NCBI RefSeq assembly: GCF_001194135.2
Contig: NC_068981.1
Coordinates: forward strand, 173,491,293-173,555,292
Reading direction: 5' to 3'
From: Octopus bimaculoides
Lineage: Eukaryota
DNA length: 64,000 nucleotides
Below are positions 51,141-64,000 of the stretch, one piece after another. The position numbers were made by a program, and so were the translations under genes. Position 1 is the first letter of the stretch. Every line of letters starts with the position of its first letter. Below the pieces are notes generated by a model. That model did not search any database, was not told the DNA's origin, and worked only from the letters and a program-made list of their open reading frames with translations.

Positions 51141-53908
51141 TTATACACAAAATATTCAAAACCTTCCAGCAAACTACCTGTCAGGGTGCCAAGCCTATGC
51201 AGTGTACAATAACAATACTTCCATAACTTGCAATTTTCTGAACAGAGTAGCGAGGAAGTTTTCAATAGGAGGAGTTGAGCTTAGAGCTAGCTGACAATAC
51301 ACACAGTTATTACACCAGGAACATTGTCGTATTTAGATCAGTACAAAACTTCCTAGCTGAATTACTGATTCCATTATGTGCAGTCAATTTAATTTTATGA
51401 ATTTTCAGTCTGGTCCTTTCCTAAGTATTTACTCTTCATTTAATGCAGACTAATAGACTCTATTTTCATTTGATAAATGTTTAGTTATTTCTAATTTTGT
51501 TATATCTCTCCCAAGAAATATCTTTTCATATTTCTCAAGCCTGGTTTCTCATTTTCATTATCAACCAGAATTACTTTGGAGATTGTGCAGTTTTGGGTAG
51601 CCAATGCTGTGAGAAAATTTCTATTCAGAGAGGCAAGTAGTGTTGATGTTTCTCAAGATAATAATAGTATTTGAATGTGAAACAAAAATGATATAGTATT
51701 TCAGATTGTGAAACTTATATTTTGTAAAAAACAGCATCTATAACATCAGCTGAGAACCCAATCAGTAAATCTAGTGTTGAGTTTAGACCAATGTGTCTGC
51801 TATGAAGGAAAATAAGTTTAAATCTCACTTTAATTCACTACTATTTCAATTATTGGTTCATGATAGAGTAGGTAAAAGTATTGAAATTTTGTATTCAATG
51901 TAACTTTGTGGTTCTGTCTGAACAGATATACAAGCCAAATAAGAAAACTGGGATGAACACATTGATACTTTTCTTTTAAATCTTGGAAACTTTGATGTTA
52001 ACAATACAAATTTCTTTTCCTTTCACATATACGATTTCATATATTGGCACTAAGACATATTTGGGGAGTGGAATAATTGATGGAATAAATTCCAGTACAT
52101 TACTGGTACAGTCTGGATCACTTATCAGACTTCCAGGTATCTAGGATTACTGTGCAATATTCTGCAATATATTGTACCCTGTATTGAGTAAACAGACGCT
52201 GATTTTGAAGCTGGTTGCATATGGTGTGTTAAAATGAGTCTTGTTCTCCACTTTTTTATGCGGATTGGTAAGAAGTAAATATACTCTGCTTTATAAGTGT
52301 ATTAATTTGTATCTCTATTTGTTAAACAAAATCATGTTCTTTACTTTTCATCATTTAATTTTCATCCTATGAACATTGAATGATAGACATAGTACAGTAA
52401 TGTATGTTTTAAGAATTTTGAGTGCATTAGTAAATTTCAAACTGCCTCTGCTTTAGAAGTGTATTAATTTAGATCTGTTAAATACAGGTTAGTTCTATAT
52501 TTAACATAGTTTATTTTATATTCTAAGTATATATTTAAGCTGTCTCCAGAAAACCAGAAAACCAGAAATCCAGGACACTTCTAGTCCCAAGCTTGCCAGA
52601 TATTTGGTCTGACACTGTACTAATTTTATCAATCCTTGATAAAATGTCTTCTCCTATGGCCTCTGGTTAACCAAAGCCTTGTGAGTAGATTTAGTAGATG
52701 GAAACTGAAAGAAGGCCGATGTGTGTGTGTGTATATATATATATAGTGTGGTCGATGCCAGTACCGTCTGACTGGCCCTCACGCTGGTGGCACATAAAAA
52801 GCACCCACTACACTCTTAGAGTGCTTGGCGTTAGGAAGGGCATCCAGCTGTAGAAACATTGCCAGATAAGACTGAGACTGATAGAATAAGTAGTAGACTT
52901 TAAAAAAATAAGTCCTGGGGTCGATTTGTTCAACTAAAACCTTTCACGGCAGTGCTCCAGCATGACCACAGTGAAATGACTGAAACAAGTAAGAGAAAAA
53001 AAATAAATGTTTCAATAAATTGTTTGTGCAAGATGGCGAGCTAGCAGAAACGTTAGCATGCTGGACGAAATGCTTAGCGGTATTTCATCTGTCTTTACGT
53101 TCTGAGTTCAAATTCCACCGAGGTCGACTTTGCCGTTCATCCTTTCGGGGTTGATAAATTAAGTACTGGGGGTCAATCTAATTGACTGGCTCCCTCCCCC
53201 AAAATTTCAGGCCTTGTGCCTAGAGTAGAAAAGAATAAATTGTTTGTACATATTTTCACATGTATTTTATTTGATTTTCCATTTTAGTATTGGTTTTAAT
53301 GGGTTTTAAAATTTTCATGCCATTAAATATGTTTGCTGCGAGTGACATAAAGTTGGAAAATCAACAGAGCTTGAGGTTTATTTTTCCCATTAATTTCTTT
53401 AATAAAACAATGCAAATTTGAAAATGACATCATGGAAAAGGACATAAATTGAGGTATGTCTATATTTTGTGTATATTTCTATCAGTTGACAATTTAAATC
53501 TGACAAAAATGGGAACAAAAAGAAACTTTTTCAAATTCAGCAATGAATTTTGTATGAGTTTTACTTTTCAGGATCTTTTAGCGCTTCAAACTGAGAAACC
53601 TAAGCTTTTTATCCAACTTTTTGTATTTTCTTCAAAAGATTTGATGACTACAATTAAAAATCAGCAGAACGTCTTCCAATAAAATAATTTGCTAAGCAAA
53701 TAGGAAAACTAATATAAGCATACAAAAGAAAATAAACAATGTCTGATCGATACAAAAGGATTGATTGATGTTTTTCTTTGTCAAAAGGGTTAGCTTTCTG
53801 CTTTGTTTCCTTGGAATTGCCAACATCTTTGTTACTTCTGTGTACTGAACAAAGAACTATTTTTTTTGAGAATTAAGAATACTTAGAACAAATATATGTG
53901 CATGTATT

Positions 53909-53963
<55 letters not shown>

Positions 53964-56074
53964 NNNNNNNNNNNNNNNNNNNNNNNNNNNNNNNNNNNNN
54001 NNNNNNNNNNNNNNNNNNNNNNNNNNNNNNNNNNNNNNNNNNNNNNNNNNNNNNNNNNNNNNNNNNNNNNNNNNNNNNNNNNNNNNNNNNNNNNNNNNNN
54101 NNNNNNNNNNNNNNNNNNNNNNNNNNNNNNNNNNNNNNNNNNNNNNNNNNNNNNNNNNNNNNNNNNNNNNNNNNNNNNNNNNNNNNNNNNNNNNNNNNNN
54201 NNNNNNNNNNNNNNNNNNNNNNNNNNNNNNNNNNNNNNNNNNNNNNNNNNNNNNNNNNNNNNNNNNNNNNNNNNNNNNNNNNNNNNNNNNNNNNNNNNNN
54301 NNNNNNNNNNNNNNNNNNNNNNNNNNNNNCACACACATACATACATACATACATACATACATTGGCTTGTGCGGGTGGCACATAAAAGACACCATTTCGA
54401 GCGTGGCCGTTTTCGTGCGGGTGACACGTAAAAGCACCCACTACACTCTCTGAGTGGTTGGCGTTAGGAAGGGCATCCAGCTGTAGAAACTCTGCCAAAT
54501 TAGATTGGAGCCTGGTGTTGCCATCCGGTTTCACCAGTCCTCAGTCAAATCGTCCAACCCATGCTAGCATGGAAAGCGGACGTTAAACAATGATGATGAT
54601 GATGATGATGATATATATACACGATGGGCTTCTTTCAGTTTCCGTCTACCGAATCCACACACAAGGCTTTGGTCGGCTATAGTAGAAGACACTTGCCCAC
54701 GTGGTTCATAAGCAAGCTACTTACCACACAGCCACTCCTATGCCTATATATACCAATTGTGAATATATTGTATTTATGATATCATTATTATTAATATTAA
54801 TAGCTATATTCATAATGTATTTCCTATATTGCAATGGAACACATATGACATGGAATTGACAATATATCAAACTTTTCAGTCTTTGTTCTGATATATACTT
54901 ACTCTGCAAATATGCTTCATGAGAACTTTCACCTGCTATTTATGCTTCATTTAAAATAAAACATTGATATACATACATTTGATTACTGGAATGTGCGGAC
55001 ATGTTTCATGAAGACCCAGACTGGATTTTAATCCCTTTTTTACATTATACATACATATACATCGTCTCCTTCATTAGACACAGAAACTCGGCTTGTGAAG
55101 ACCTGTTGAGGCAAGCAAAATCGTGATGGCACCTGTGCCCTGGCATTTGTGCCCGCAGCATGTGTAAGGACTTTCGAGCGAGATCGTTGCCAGTGCCACT
55201 GGACTGGCTCCTGTGCAGGTGGCACGTAAAAGAAACCATTTTGAGTGTGGCCATTGCCAGTACCGCCTGACTGGCCTTCGTGCCGGTGGCACGTAAAAGC
55301 ACCCACTACACTCTCGGAGTGGTTGGCGTTAGGAAGGGCATCCAGCTGTAGAAACTCTGCCAAATCAGATTGGAGCCTGGTGTTGCCATCTGGTTCACCA
55401 GTCCTCAGTTAAATCGTCCAACCTATGCTAGCATGGAAAGCAGACGTTAAACGATGATGAGTGAATGATGAATACATATTGCTGCTTTTAAACTTTGTTA
55501 CATGCATATTTTCACAGGCCACTTGGTGCTCTTGCAGTAGCTAACTGGCACTCTTGTGAAAGCCAATGACACTTTTGTGCAAACCGATTACCTTGTTTCC
55601 TTAATATTAGTAGTAATCAAGGCAGCGAGCTGGCAGAAGCGTTAGCATGCCAAGCAAAATGCTTAGTGGTATTTCATCTGTCTTTACATTTAGAGTTCAA
55701 ATTCCGCCAAGGTCGACTTTGCCTTTCATCCTTTTGGGGTCGATAAATTAAGTACCAGTTGCATATTGGGGTTGATCTAATTGGCTTGTGAAACATGTGT
55801 ATATGACATAAAGCTTAAAAATACCAATAGTGTTTGCTACGTTTCTATTATTGTATAACGTGTATAACTAGCCTATCCAGTGATATGATGGCTATTTTCA
55901 AACTATGTAAAGCATAAGACTGGAATGTGGAATATGGAACTGCCTACTGAACCCAACCTTTTTAGTAACATGTCAAGCCTTCAAGCATGACATGTTACTC
56001 TAACACACACACACATACATTTATAGATATGTATTTATGTATTTATGTGTTTGTGTGAGTATATGTGTGTGTCT

Positions 56075-56137
<63 letters not shown>

Positions 56138-57045
56138 TATACAAGCAAACAAATATAATTTCTTGACAAGTTGTTAATATGGTTGGTAATATGGTTTCCA
56201 AAGAAGAGGTTTTCAATGATATCACTCCGAAAATCCTATAATCAACTAGATGTATCCTGTATTGGATCAAAATGCTTATTGCAAGAACGTGTTTAGAGTA
56301 TGGAAGTCGTACTTCCCTTTAGAGTTACTGGACACCTGATGGCATGTAATATTAGCTTTCACTGATTGAATGATCAACTAGTCTAATGGGATTAAGATGG
56401 AAATCATATATGATTGTTAATGTTCTGCAAGCTAGAGCTGAAAGAGAAAGATTCTTTTATATAATTTTTAATACTGAGTGTTAAGCATTTGCTTTTTTTA
56501 AATGTTAGGTGTTTTTTAAACGTTAGGAGAATTTTATATTTTGTTTGTATGAGGAACAGTGTTCTCCAAATGGTAATGAAAGAAAAGACGGAGAAGATGA
56601 GCAAGAAAACAAGAAGTGAAGAACAGAATTAGAAAAAGAACAGAAAGCATTTGAAGGGAGAAATAGAAGTAGAAAGGGATTGGTAAATAAATTAATATGA
56701 TGGAATGTATGTTTGTGTGCATACACATGCACACATATACACACAAAGATATTTATATATAAGCATATACATTTATACATGCATACATACATATGTATAT
56801 ATATATCTATATTTACACACATGCACACACACACACACACACACAGAAATATGCACATACACACAAATAGCTGCAAACATGGCTTTGTTATAAAGTCCAC
56901 ATCAATACTACATGGTAAAATGTTTGTTCCCAATGTGTGGATGCTGTTGGCCAGTGTCCTCTATTATAGCTGTAGGCTGACCAATAGCTTATGAGAGAAA
57001 ATGATAGACAAAAACTAAAGAAGCCCATTGTTTATATCTACATAT

Positions 57046-57085
<40 letters not shown>

Positions 57086-58767
57086 AAGTTTGAGTGAGTG
57101 AGTTTGTATTTAGTCTTATCTTCAAGTGTGTTCACTGACTGTAGACAAAAGGCTCATACATACTGTCATTTGTTCCCAGCTCTCTACATAACTACTTCTG
57201 GATTGTTTGTTGTTCATTAGACTTGGAGATTATTACCTTGCTTGAAAATATATGAGAGGTGACATAAAAGAAGGACATCTGGTTGTAGGAAACTTTGCTC
57301 CAGTGTAGCCTTATCTGATCCATATATATGCCCACCTACTCTTCTGGATTTCTTGTCTCTGCACTCACTTCTATTCAGTTTCTTGTACCTTGAGGCCATG
57401 CTCTGATACCTTGTCGCTACCATCTTCATCTCTCTTACCAGCTTCACTCCCACCCACTTTATATAATGTGAAGGAGCTACATATCTCCTCTACAGCAGGA
57501 AAGCTTTTTCTTTCCCTTCTATCATACTTTGACCTTTCAAATTTAGCATAAAGCCATCTCCCTTCCTACCATAGTCCCACACTTTACACTGTAGTCCCAT
57601 ACTGTAGTCAAAAGTGCACTTAGTCTTGCAAGTCACATAATGACTTCACTAGTTGTGATGCCACAAAAACAGTACTCATTACACTCTGTAAAGTGGTTGG
57701 CATTAGGAAGGGCATCCAACCATAGACACCATGCTAAAGAAAGCATTGGACTATGATGTAACCCCCCCAGTTGCTTAGATCCTGTTAGACTATCTAATCT
57801 ATGCTAACAAGGAAGGCAGACATTGAATGTTGATGATGATGGTACATGCATACATTCATATATATATATAAGACTCATCAAGCCAAGTGAAACTGTAGTC
57901 ATGGCTGATGCTGGTGCCACATGGCTGGCATCTGTACTGGTGGTACGTAAAAGCACCCATGCTGGTAGTACATTAAAAGCAACCATTACACTCTTGGAGT
58001 GGTTGGTGTTAGGAAGGGCATCCAGCTGTAGAAACCATTCCAAACCAGATTGGAACCTGGTGCAGCTCTCCGGTTTGCTGATTCCAGTTAAACTGTCTAA
58101 CCCATGCCAGCATGGAAAGCAAATGATGATGATGATGATCAAATGCATATGATGCATATATGCAACATTGATATGTAGTTGATAAAGGAGAGGAAGGAAA
58201 ATATTATTAGCTGAAACGGCCCTTTATTTTCATTGTTACAATGTAAGATACAACTTCTTCCGAGTTGTCGTTGTACACAAATTATTTGCTATTCTGTTAT
58301 CCATTCTACATGTAGGTAGTTAACGTCATCTGTGAGCGACTGCTAGAAGACTGATGGAAAATGAGAGAAAGAGTAAGAGAGTTTACTTCTCTGGGCTGAC
58401 AAGTAGAGAGGGTGAAAGTTATGTAGCCATGTGTAGATAAATCATACTTGAAGTGAGAAACTGACAGATGTACTCTTTTAAAGAGGGGCCAGATGAAAGA
58501 GGGGCCAGATGAAAGAGGTAGAACTAAATTTGGGTTCCACTGTTATGTTTTTCTATCTAAATTAAGTCAGGCATAAACAGAGGATTTTCCATCTCCTACC
58601 TGCCTTGACCTAAGTTCCACTTGAAAGGTAACAGGTTGACAGTTGACTCTCATAAATTTCTTGGTGTGAAAGGCAAGAATAGGAAGGGGCTCAAGAGAAA
58701 AATTTAGACTGGGTTTCAAATCTAGGCTAAAAATCTAGGACATTGTTCGTTAGAACACACACACACA

Positions 58768-58968
58768 CGAGGGGGTGCTGAAAAGTTCCTGGCTTTGAGT
58801 AAGGAGGATCAGATAATTATGATTTTATTAAACATATCCCCCTCTCAGATTCACACACTTATTGCAGCGGTCCTTCAGTTTTTCTAAACCCTGTAAAAGA
58901 ACTTGGAAGGTCGAGCCTCTAACCAGGCCTTTCCCGATACACTTAAAGCCAGGAACATTTCATCATGT
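58768..58968 (-). mobile_element. Short mariner derivative with TIRs
   Basis: CGAGGGGGTGCTGAAAAGTTCCTGGCTTT and inverse AAAGCCAGGAAC. Minus strand reads FFLQGLEKLKDRCNKCVNLRGGYV. Confidence 0.75.
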
Positions 58969-60245
58969 ATGTATATATGTATGTATGTATGTAGGTAGGT
59001 ATTTACATATGTACATACATCACCCACACAATTTCTTTACACTTTGAGTTCATTTTGTGCTTGGTAAAATATGTACCAGGGTAGATTTGACTACCTTTAC
59101 AATAAATTTGTGGCCTTGAGTTACTTTTAGAAATCCTCATGAATATCATTTATTTCTTTTTCTTCAAAAGCTTGAAAGCGAAACAGGCTGTCTTTGCTTT
59201 CAAGCGTTAGTAGATATACTAGATTTATCACAAATATCACAAAACAGGCTACTTAGGTAATCTTTTTAATTAATTCATTTGTTATATCAATGTTTATTCT
59301 TTGAAAAGTTTTACCCATAACCGAGCTCTATGACTATTCAGTTTCTTTAGTTTGAATTTATTCTATCTACAATAATGGTTAGTCAGTAGAAATACACACA
59401 GATTATGAATATCAAGGGGTTTTTTTAATATCAAGTTTTCTTACATGGCCAGTCAGAAATATAGGTCAATATTTTATGCATGGCTGAGTACACTGTAAAG
59501 GTGAGTCAATATTCTCAAGCATTAAGTCATAGATTCAAATAAAACAGAATGTAACCTTTTGATGGTGGCATATAAAACTAAACATATGGTTATGTTCTGT
59601 TAAAGACTAGTACCACAACACTAAATAATATTCCATTTACACTTTTTGATTAAACTAAGTTTATATTACTTTTCTTTTGACAAATAATATTAGATAAATG
59701 CATTCCCCCATGTCAGATATTAGAAAAGATTTTGATTTTTATATTTTTCTGAAGAAAATGTATTACATGAATAATTTTCTTTTAAGAATATTGACAAGGA
59801 ATACTTTCTCTCTCTCACAGATACCCACATTTATGCAATATATGTACATATATATCATTATCATCATCGTTTAACGTCCGCTTTCCATGCTAGCATAGGT
59901 TGGACGATTTGACTGAGGACTAGCAAGCCAGAAGGCTGCACCAGGTTCCAATCTGATCTGGCAGAGTTTCTACAGCTGGATACCCTTCTTAACATGCCAC
60001 CAGCACAAGTGCTAGAAGGCAACACTGGTAATGATTATGCTCAAATGGTGCTACTTACGGGCCACTAGCACAGAAGCCAGACTGCTGCTCTGGCAATGAA
60101 CACACTTGGACAGTGCTATTAGTGCTCCACTGGCGCAGGTGCCAGTCATCGAGTATGGTTCAATTACGATTTCACTTGCCCCCAACAGGTCTTCGCAAGC
60201 GGAGTTTAGTGTCCAATGAAGGAGTGGTTGGCATGGGTGCCAGTC

Positions 60246-60282
<37 letters not shown>

Positions 60283-60568
60283 TATATATATATATATATC
60301 TTGTCGGTTATGATGACGAGGGTTCCAGTTGATCTGATCGACGGAACAGCCTCCTTGTGAAATTAACATGCAAGTGGATGAGCACTCCACAAACACATGT
60401 ATCTTTAATGTAGTTCTCAGGAGATTCAGTGTGACACAATGTGTTGCCGGGAATTCAACTCATGACCCTATGATCATAAACTGAATACACTAACCACTAA
60501 GCCACATGCCTTCACCCCACCAACACAATATATATGTACATATATACACATAGACATACACACAAGCA

Positions 60569-61248
60569 TACAAGGTATTCAGGTTAAATATGACAATTTT
60601 TTTATGTGTGTTCATGTGCAACAGAGACTACAATGTTGTGGTCAACAGGAAGGGACACAGCAGGCATTCTGACTCCATCTGCATGACAGAATTCATCCCC
60701 TCCCCATATCTTTGAATAGGGCCTTCGGTTTAATTCATAGGGTTTTGTGAAGCTGCTAATGACTGTGGTCAATCTTTGGCTGGAGAGAGTTGCTCTTAGA
60801 AAGCCATATTTATGGCAGCAGGATTTGGCTCCTTGCCACACCTCAGGAATGAGTGGTTGGTTGTTAGAGAATTTCTACGACTTCACCAGTACCAATTTCT
60901 GGCCTCCTAATCTTTCCGATTGCAATCTCATGGTTTACTATGTATGGGACCTGATTGAGACAGACACCAACTACTCTGCCTGTAACAGCAAGGACAAGCT
61001 GGTGACCAAGAGCAAAGAGGTGTTCGAACTTCTTCCTAGGGACACTGTGAATGCATGCACCAGCTTATGGAGCTGTCTTGAGGCTGTGGTGGAAGCTGAG
61101 GACAGCTACTTAGAGTAAGGTGTTATTTTCCAGCCATAATCTACTTGATATTTTTTATTTTTTAAAATACTCTATTTTAAAAAAATGGATATTGTGTTTT
61201 CTTTTCCTTTTATGTAAATTATCAAATTTAATCAGAATATCCTGTGTA
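60569..61248 (+). mobile_element. Deleted Tc1/maT-like transposon with ~28-bp TIRs
   Basis: WQQDLAPCHTS...WPPNLSDCNLMVYYVW (QQDxAPxH / WPPxSPDxNPxD). Ends TACAAGGTATTCAGGTTAAATATGACAATT and inverse AATTATCAAATTTAATCAGAATATCCTGTGTA. Confidence 0.8.
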
Positions 61249-61789
61249 TTTATGCATTTAATTTTACTCTACTTTTGGTATTTGAGTGCTATTTTCTCTA
61301 CCTTGTTTTGTACCTATGTGCTTGCATGTACGTGTATATACATGTGTGTGTATGTGCATACATGCATGTGTGTTCTAACAAAAGATCTATGTTAAGTTAA
61401 GTATAAAGATTATATTATGGTATTAATACTGATTCCATTGTTAATAATTAATTTCTGATAAGCCTGCTGGCTATTTGTGACATCAGTTCCTGAAAAGATG
61501 CTGATATTCTATATATCATAGCAGCAAGACCTGATTTGCATTCAGTGACTTGATGCCCCCCACTGATGATTTCCAGTAGAATGAAATCACATGATATGGA
61601 AGTTCCGGCACCCATGACAGATGATTCACATCTGCTAAGATCTATGTCTGTGCTTTTATGCACCAAGTGTCTATATGAGAGGGTTTCTCAAGACTAATAA
61701 CACAGTATTCGGTGATCTAACAAGATATTCATGTTAATTTGGATACAAAGATTATATTTTGGGATCAATACTGCTTCTGTTATTAATAA

Positions 61790-61824
<35 letters not shown>

Positions 61825-61895
61825 TTATATTAAGGGCATTACTATACATAAATGCCTCATGCTACGAGGAACTCTTAAAATCAAAACTACCATAA

Positions 61896-61977
<82 letters not shown>

Positions 61978-64000
61978 TGAAGTTATCTAAAGTGTTTGAA
62001 AAGTGCAACAGTGTGTCTGGATGATTTTTCATTCATGTTTACATCATAGTCAAAAAACCAACCTATCAAACTTGTATCTCTATTTATGTTGTTATGCTGA
62101 CCCAAAATAGCATTGTTTCATTTAGTACTACAGTTTTAGGAACACATCAAAAAAGTTAACCAATGTATTGCTGTATACACAGGAACATGCACTAATTAAC
62201 CACCATATACAAGGTTCAATGCCAAATATACTATCTTTAAGGTAACATGTCTGCACTAAAAGACACACACAATGGATTTTTCTAATGATTTTGACCAATG
62301 AGCATCAAGCTCTTTGATCAACTGGACATCCTAATTATTCATTGAATCAGCATGCAAAGTGTCTGGATATTCCACAGACATCAGCATTCTTTTAACATAT
62401 TTATTAAGCAGCAGAATTAGTGCAACACAGCCTGTGACAAGGCTGGACTTTTGAATTACAGGTACAGTTCATAAGACAAGTTTCTTCACAGTTTCCACCT
62501 ACCTAAATTTACTCACAAGGCTTGGGGCAACCTAAGGCCATAGTAAAGGCATTTACCTAAAAGATACCTCACAGTGGAATATGACTTTGGATTTCCTGTA
62601 TGTGAAATGAACTTAACCACTCAGGTATGCTTGCATCCATATTTGTGTGTGTGTTTGCTTGTGTGTGTGCATGTATATGTGCGTGTGTGTGTATGAGCGT
62701 GTGCACGTGTGGGTGGAGGGGTGTTAATGACTTGACCTTTTCATCACAGATATTTCAGGTTATTGCATGTTCTCTCTATTAATTTATTTCTAAGCTTATT
62801 GCACATTTTGCTTCTTGTTTTACCTCCAGGTTAAAGCCATTTGAGTTATGTCATTTGCTCACCAAGTCAATAATGTTTTTCTTTTCATCCAGTTACAAGC
62901 TATCAGGTCTTCTTTTATGGAGAGAGAGAAAATTGATAATTCACATTACCGACACAGTGAAGTGAAATGGAGATATTATCATATGACTCACCAGCCTACA
63001 GCCTGATGCTATTTTAAATCAGTGATTATGTTTGTTGTTGTTTTTGTTATTCCTTCATCAAATTAATGAGGAACATAATATTTGTATTCTTTCTTGCTAA
63101 AAGACAATGATGACTATAAGACAATTTTTCAGATTATCTCCCTGTTGGAAAGTGAACCTAGCAAAATCTAAGTAAAAAATAATGAAGATAAATTATTTGA
63201 TAAATAGTTATTTTTCCATCATATTCGAAATAGTGAGCTTGAATGATCATCAGTCATGTGCAGTTAGAGAACATCTGCTAGTCATAAAGGATAAACACAT
63301 ACTATGAAACACAAATCCATATTGAAAATCAGTACTGAAATTTTAATGTTTTAACAAACACTTCCTTCAGTAACAGCTGTGGAAAAGGCAAATCAGATAT
63401 CACAAAATATAATGTCTAACTTATACAACAAATACATGGTATATGCCGAGGTAATTTATACGACAAAAAAAAAAAAAAAAAAAAAAACAACCTCTTCTGA
63501 TGTATAAAGCTAAAACTGGTTTCTGACTTTTGTACAAGGTCACCGACTTATATAGAGCAGAGAGAAATGTAATTATGTAATGTACAGGCTTTTGTCAAAG
63601 ACTTAGGAAATAAAAGTGACGTGAAATGACTATAACTAGGAGCTGAAACTAGGTCAGGTAACTGTTCACCATTAGCTTTCTTCTTGTTTGACATAGATGT
63701 ATTATAAGGAAAAAGAAACCGACTCAATTGATCACATACAAACACTTTCGACCATAACTCCCAACCAAAAGCCTGGATTCTCACAGATACGCTGTCACCT
63801 TATTCTATCCTTTCCACTGCTACTTCAGAAGCTTCTGCTCTGTAGACATGACTGACTTTATGTTACCTTCTTCAAGGATCAACTGAATCACTCATCTCAC
63901 CTCCTGCCATTACCCATACTGTGCTAAACTTATCACTCTTGGCCTAAAAGTAACCCTTATCCCAATTCTTTCTCCTCTGAACATAATTTCTCTTGCCTAG

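Noticed and set aside
55040-55363. Recurrent peptide MAEFLQLDALPNANHSESVVGAFTCH (also at 7203, 7486, 40233 and 53908)
   Set aside because: Antisense translation of the (GAT)n RTE 3'-end repeat, not a gene family.
61448-61666. 72-aa minus-strand ORF, possible exon or LINE relic
   Set aside because: No recognisable motif or convincing splice pair; cannot be supported.

Overview
AT-rich, microsatellite-dense eukaryotic genomic DNA from a gapped draft scaffold. The repeat families and (CA)n/(TA)n/(GAT)n density suggest an octopus/cephalopod genome (inference). One protein-coding gene is supported: TBC1D16 (Rab-GAP) on the minus strand, with four coding exons (28204-28401, 14041-15385, 1625-1797, 223-387). 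All are GT-AG and phase-consistent, and the gene continues past the left edge before the TBC domain is complete. No second gene, tRNA, rRNA or CRISPR array is visible. The rest is intron or upstream DNA filled with decayed elements: RTE, CR1-like and I/Jockey-like LINE fragments, several SINE families, Tc1/mariner relics and MITEs, Helitrons, a Merlin-like relic and a possible Penelope-like end. I did not find a clear multi-gene novel system. The best unexplained signals are structural and RNA-level: (1) a ~175-bp-arm intronic hairpin whose five substitutions all form G-U pairs on the gene's sense strand; (2) a decaying 197-bp copy of TBC1D16's own exon in the next intron; (3) a 100%-identical inverted RTE piece with a fold-back junction; (4) a consensus in-frame splice donor just upstream of the start codon. 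Repeat boundaries are approximate and read by eye.
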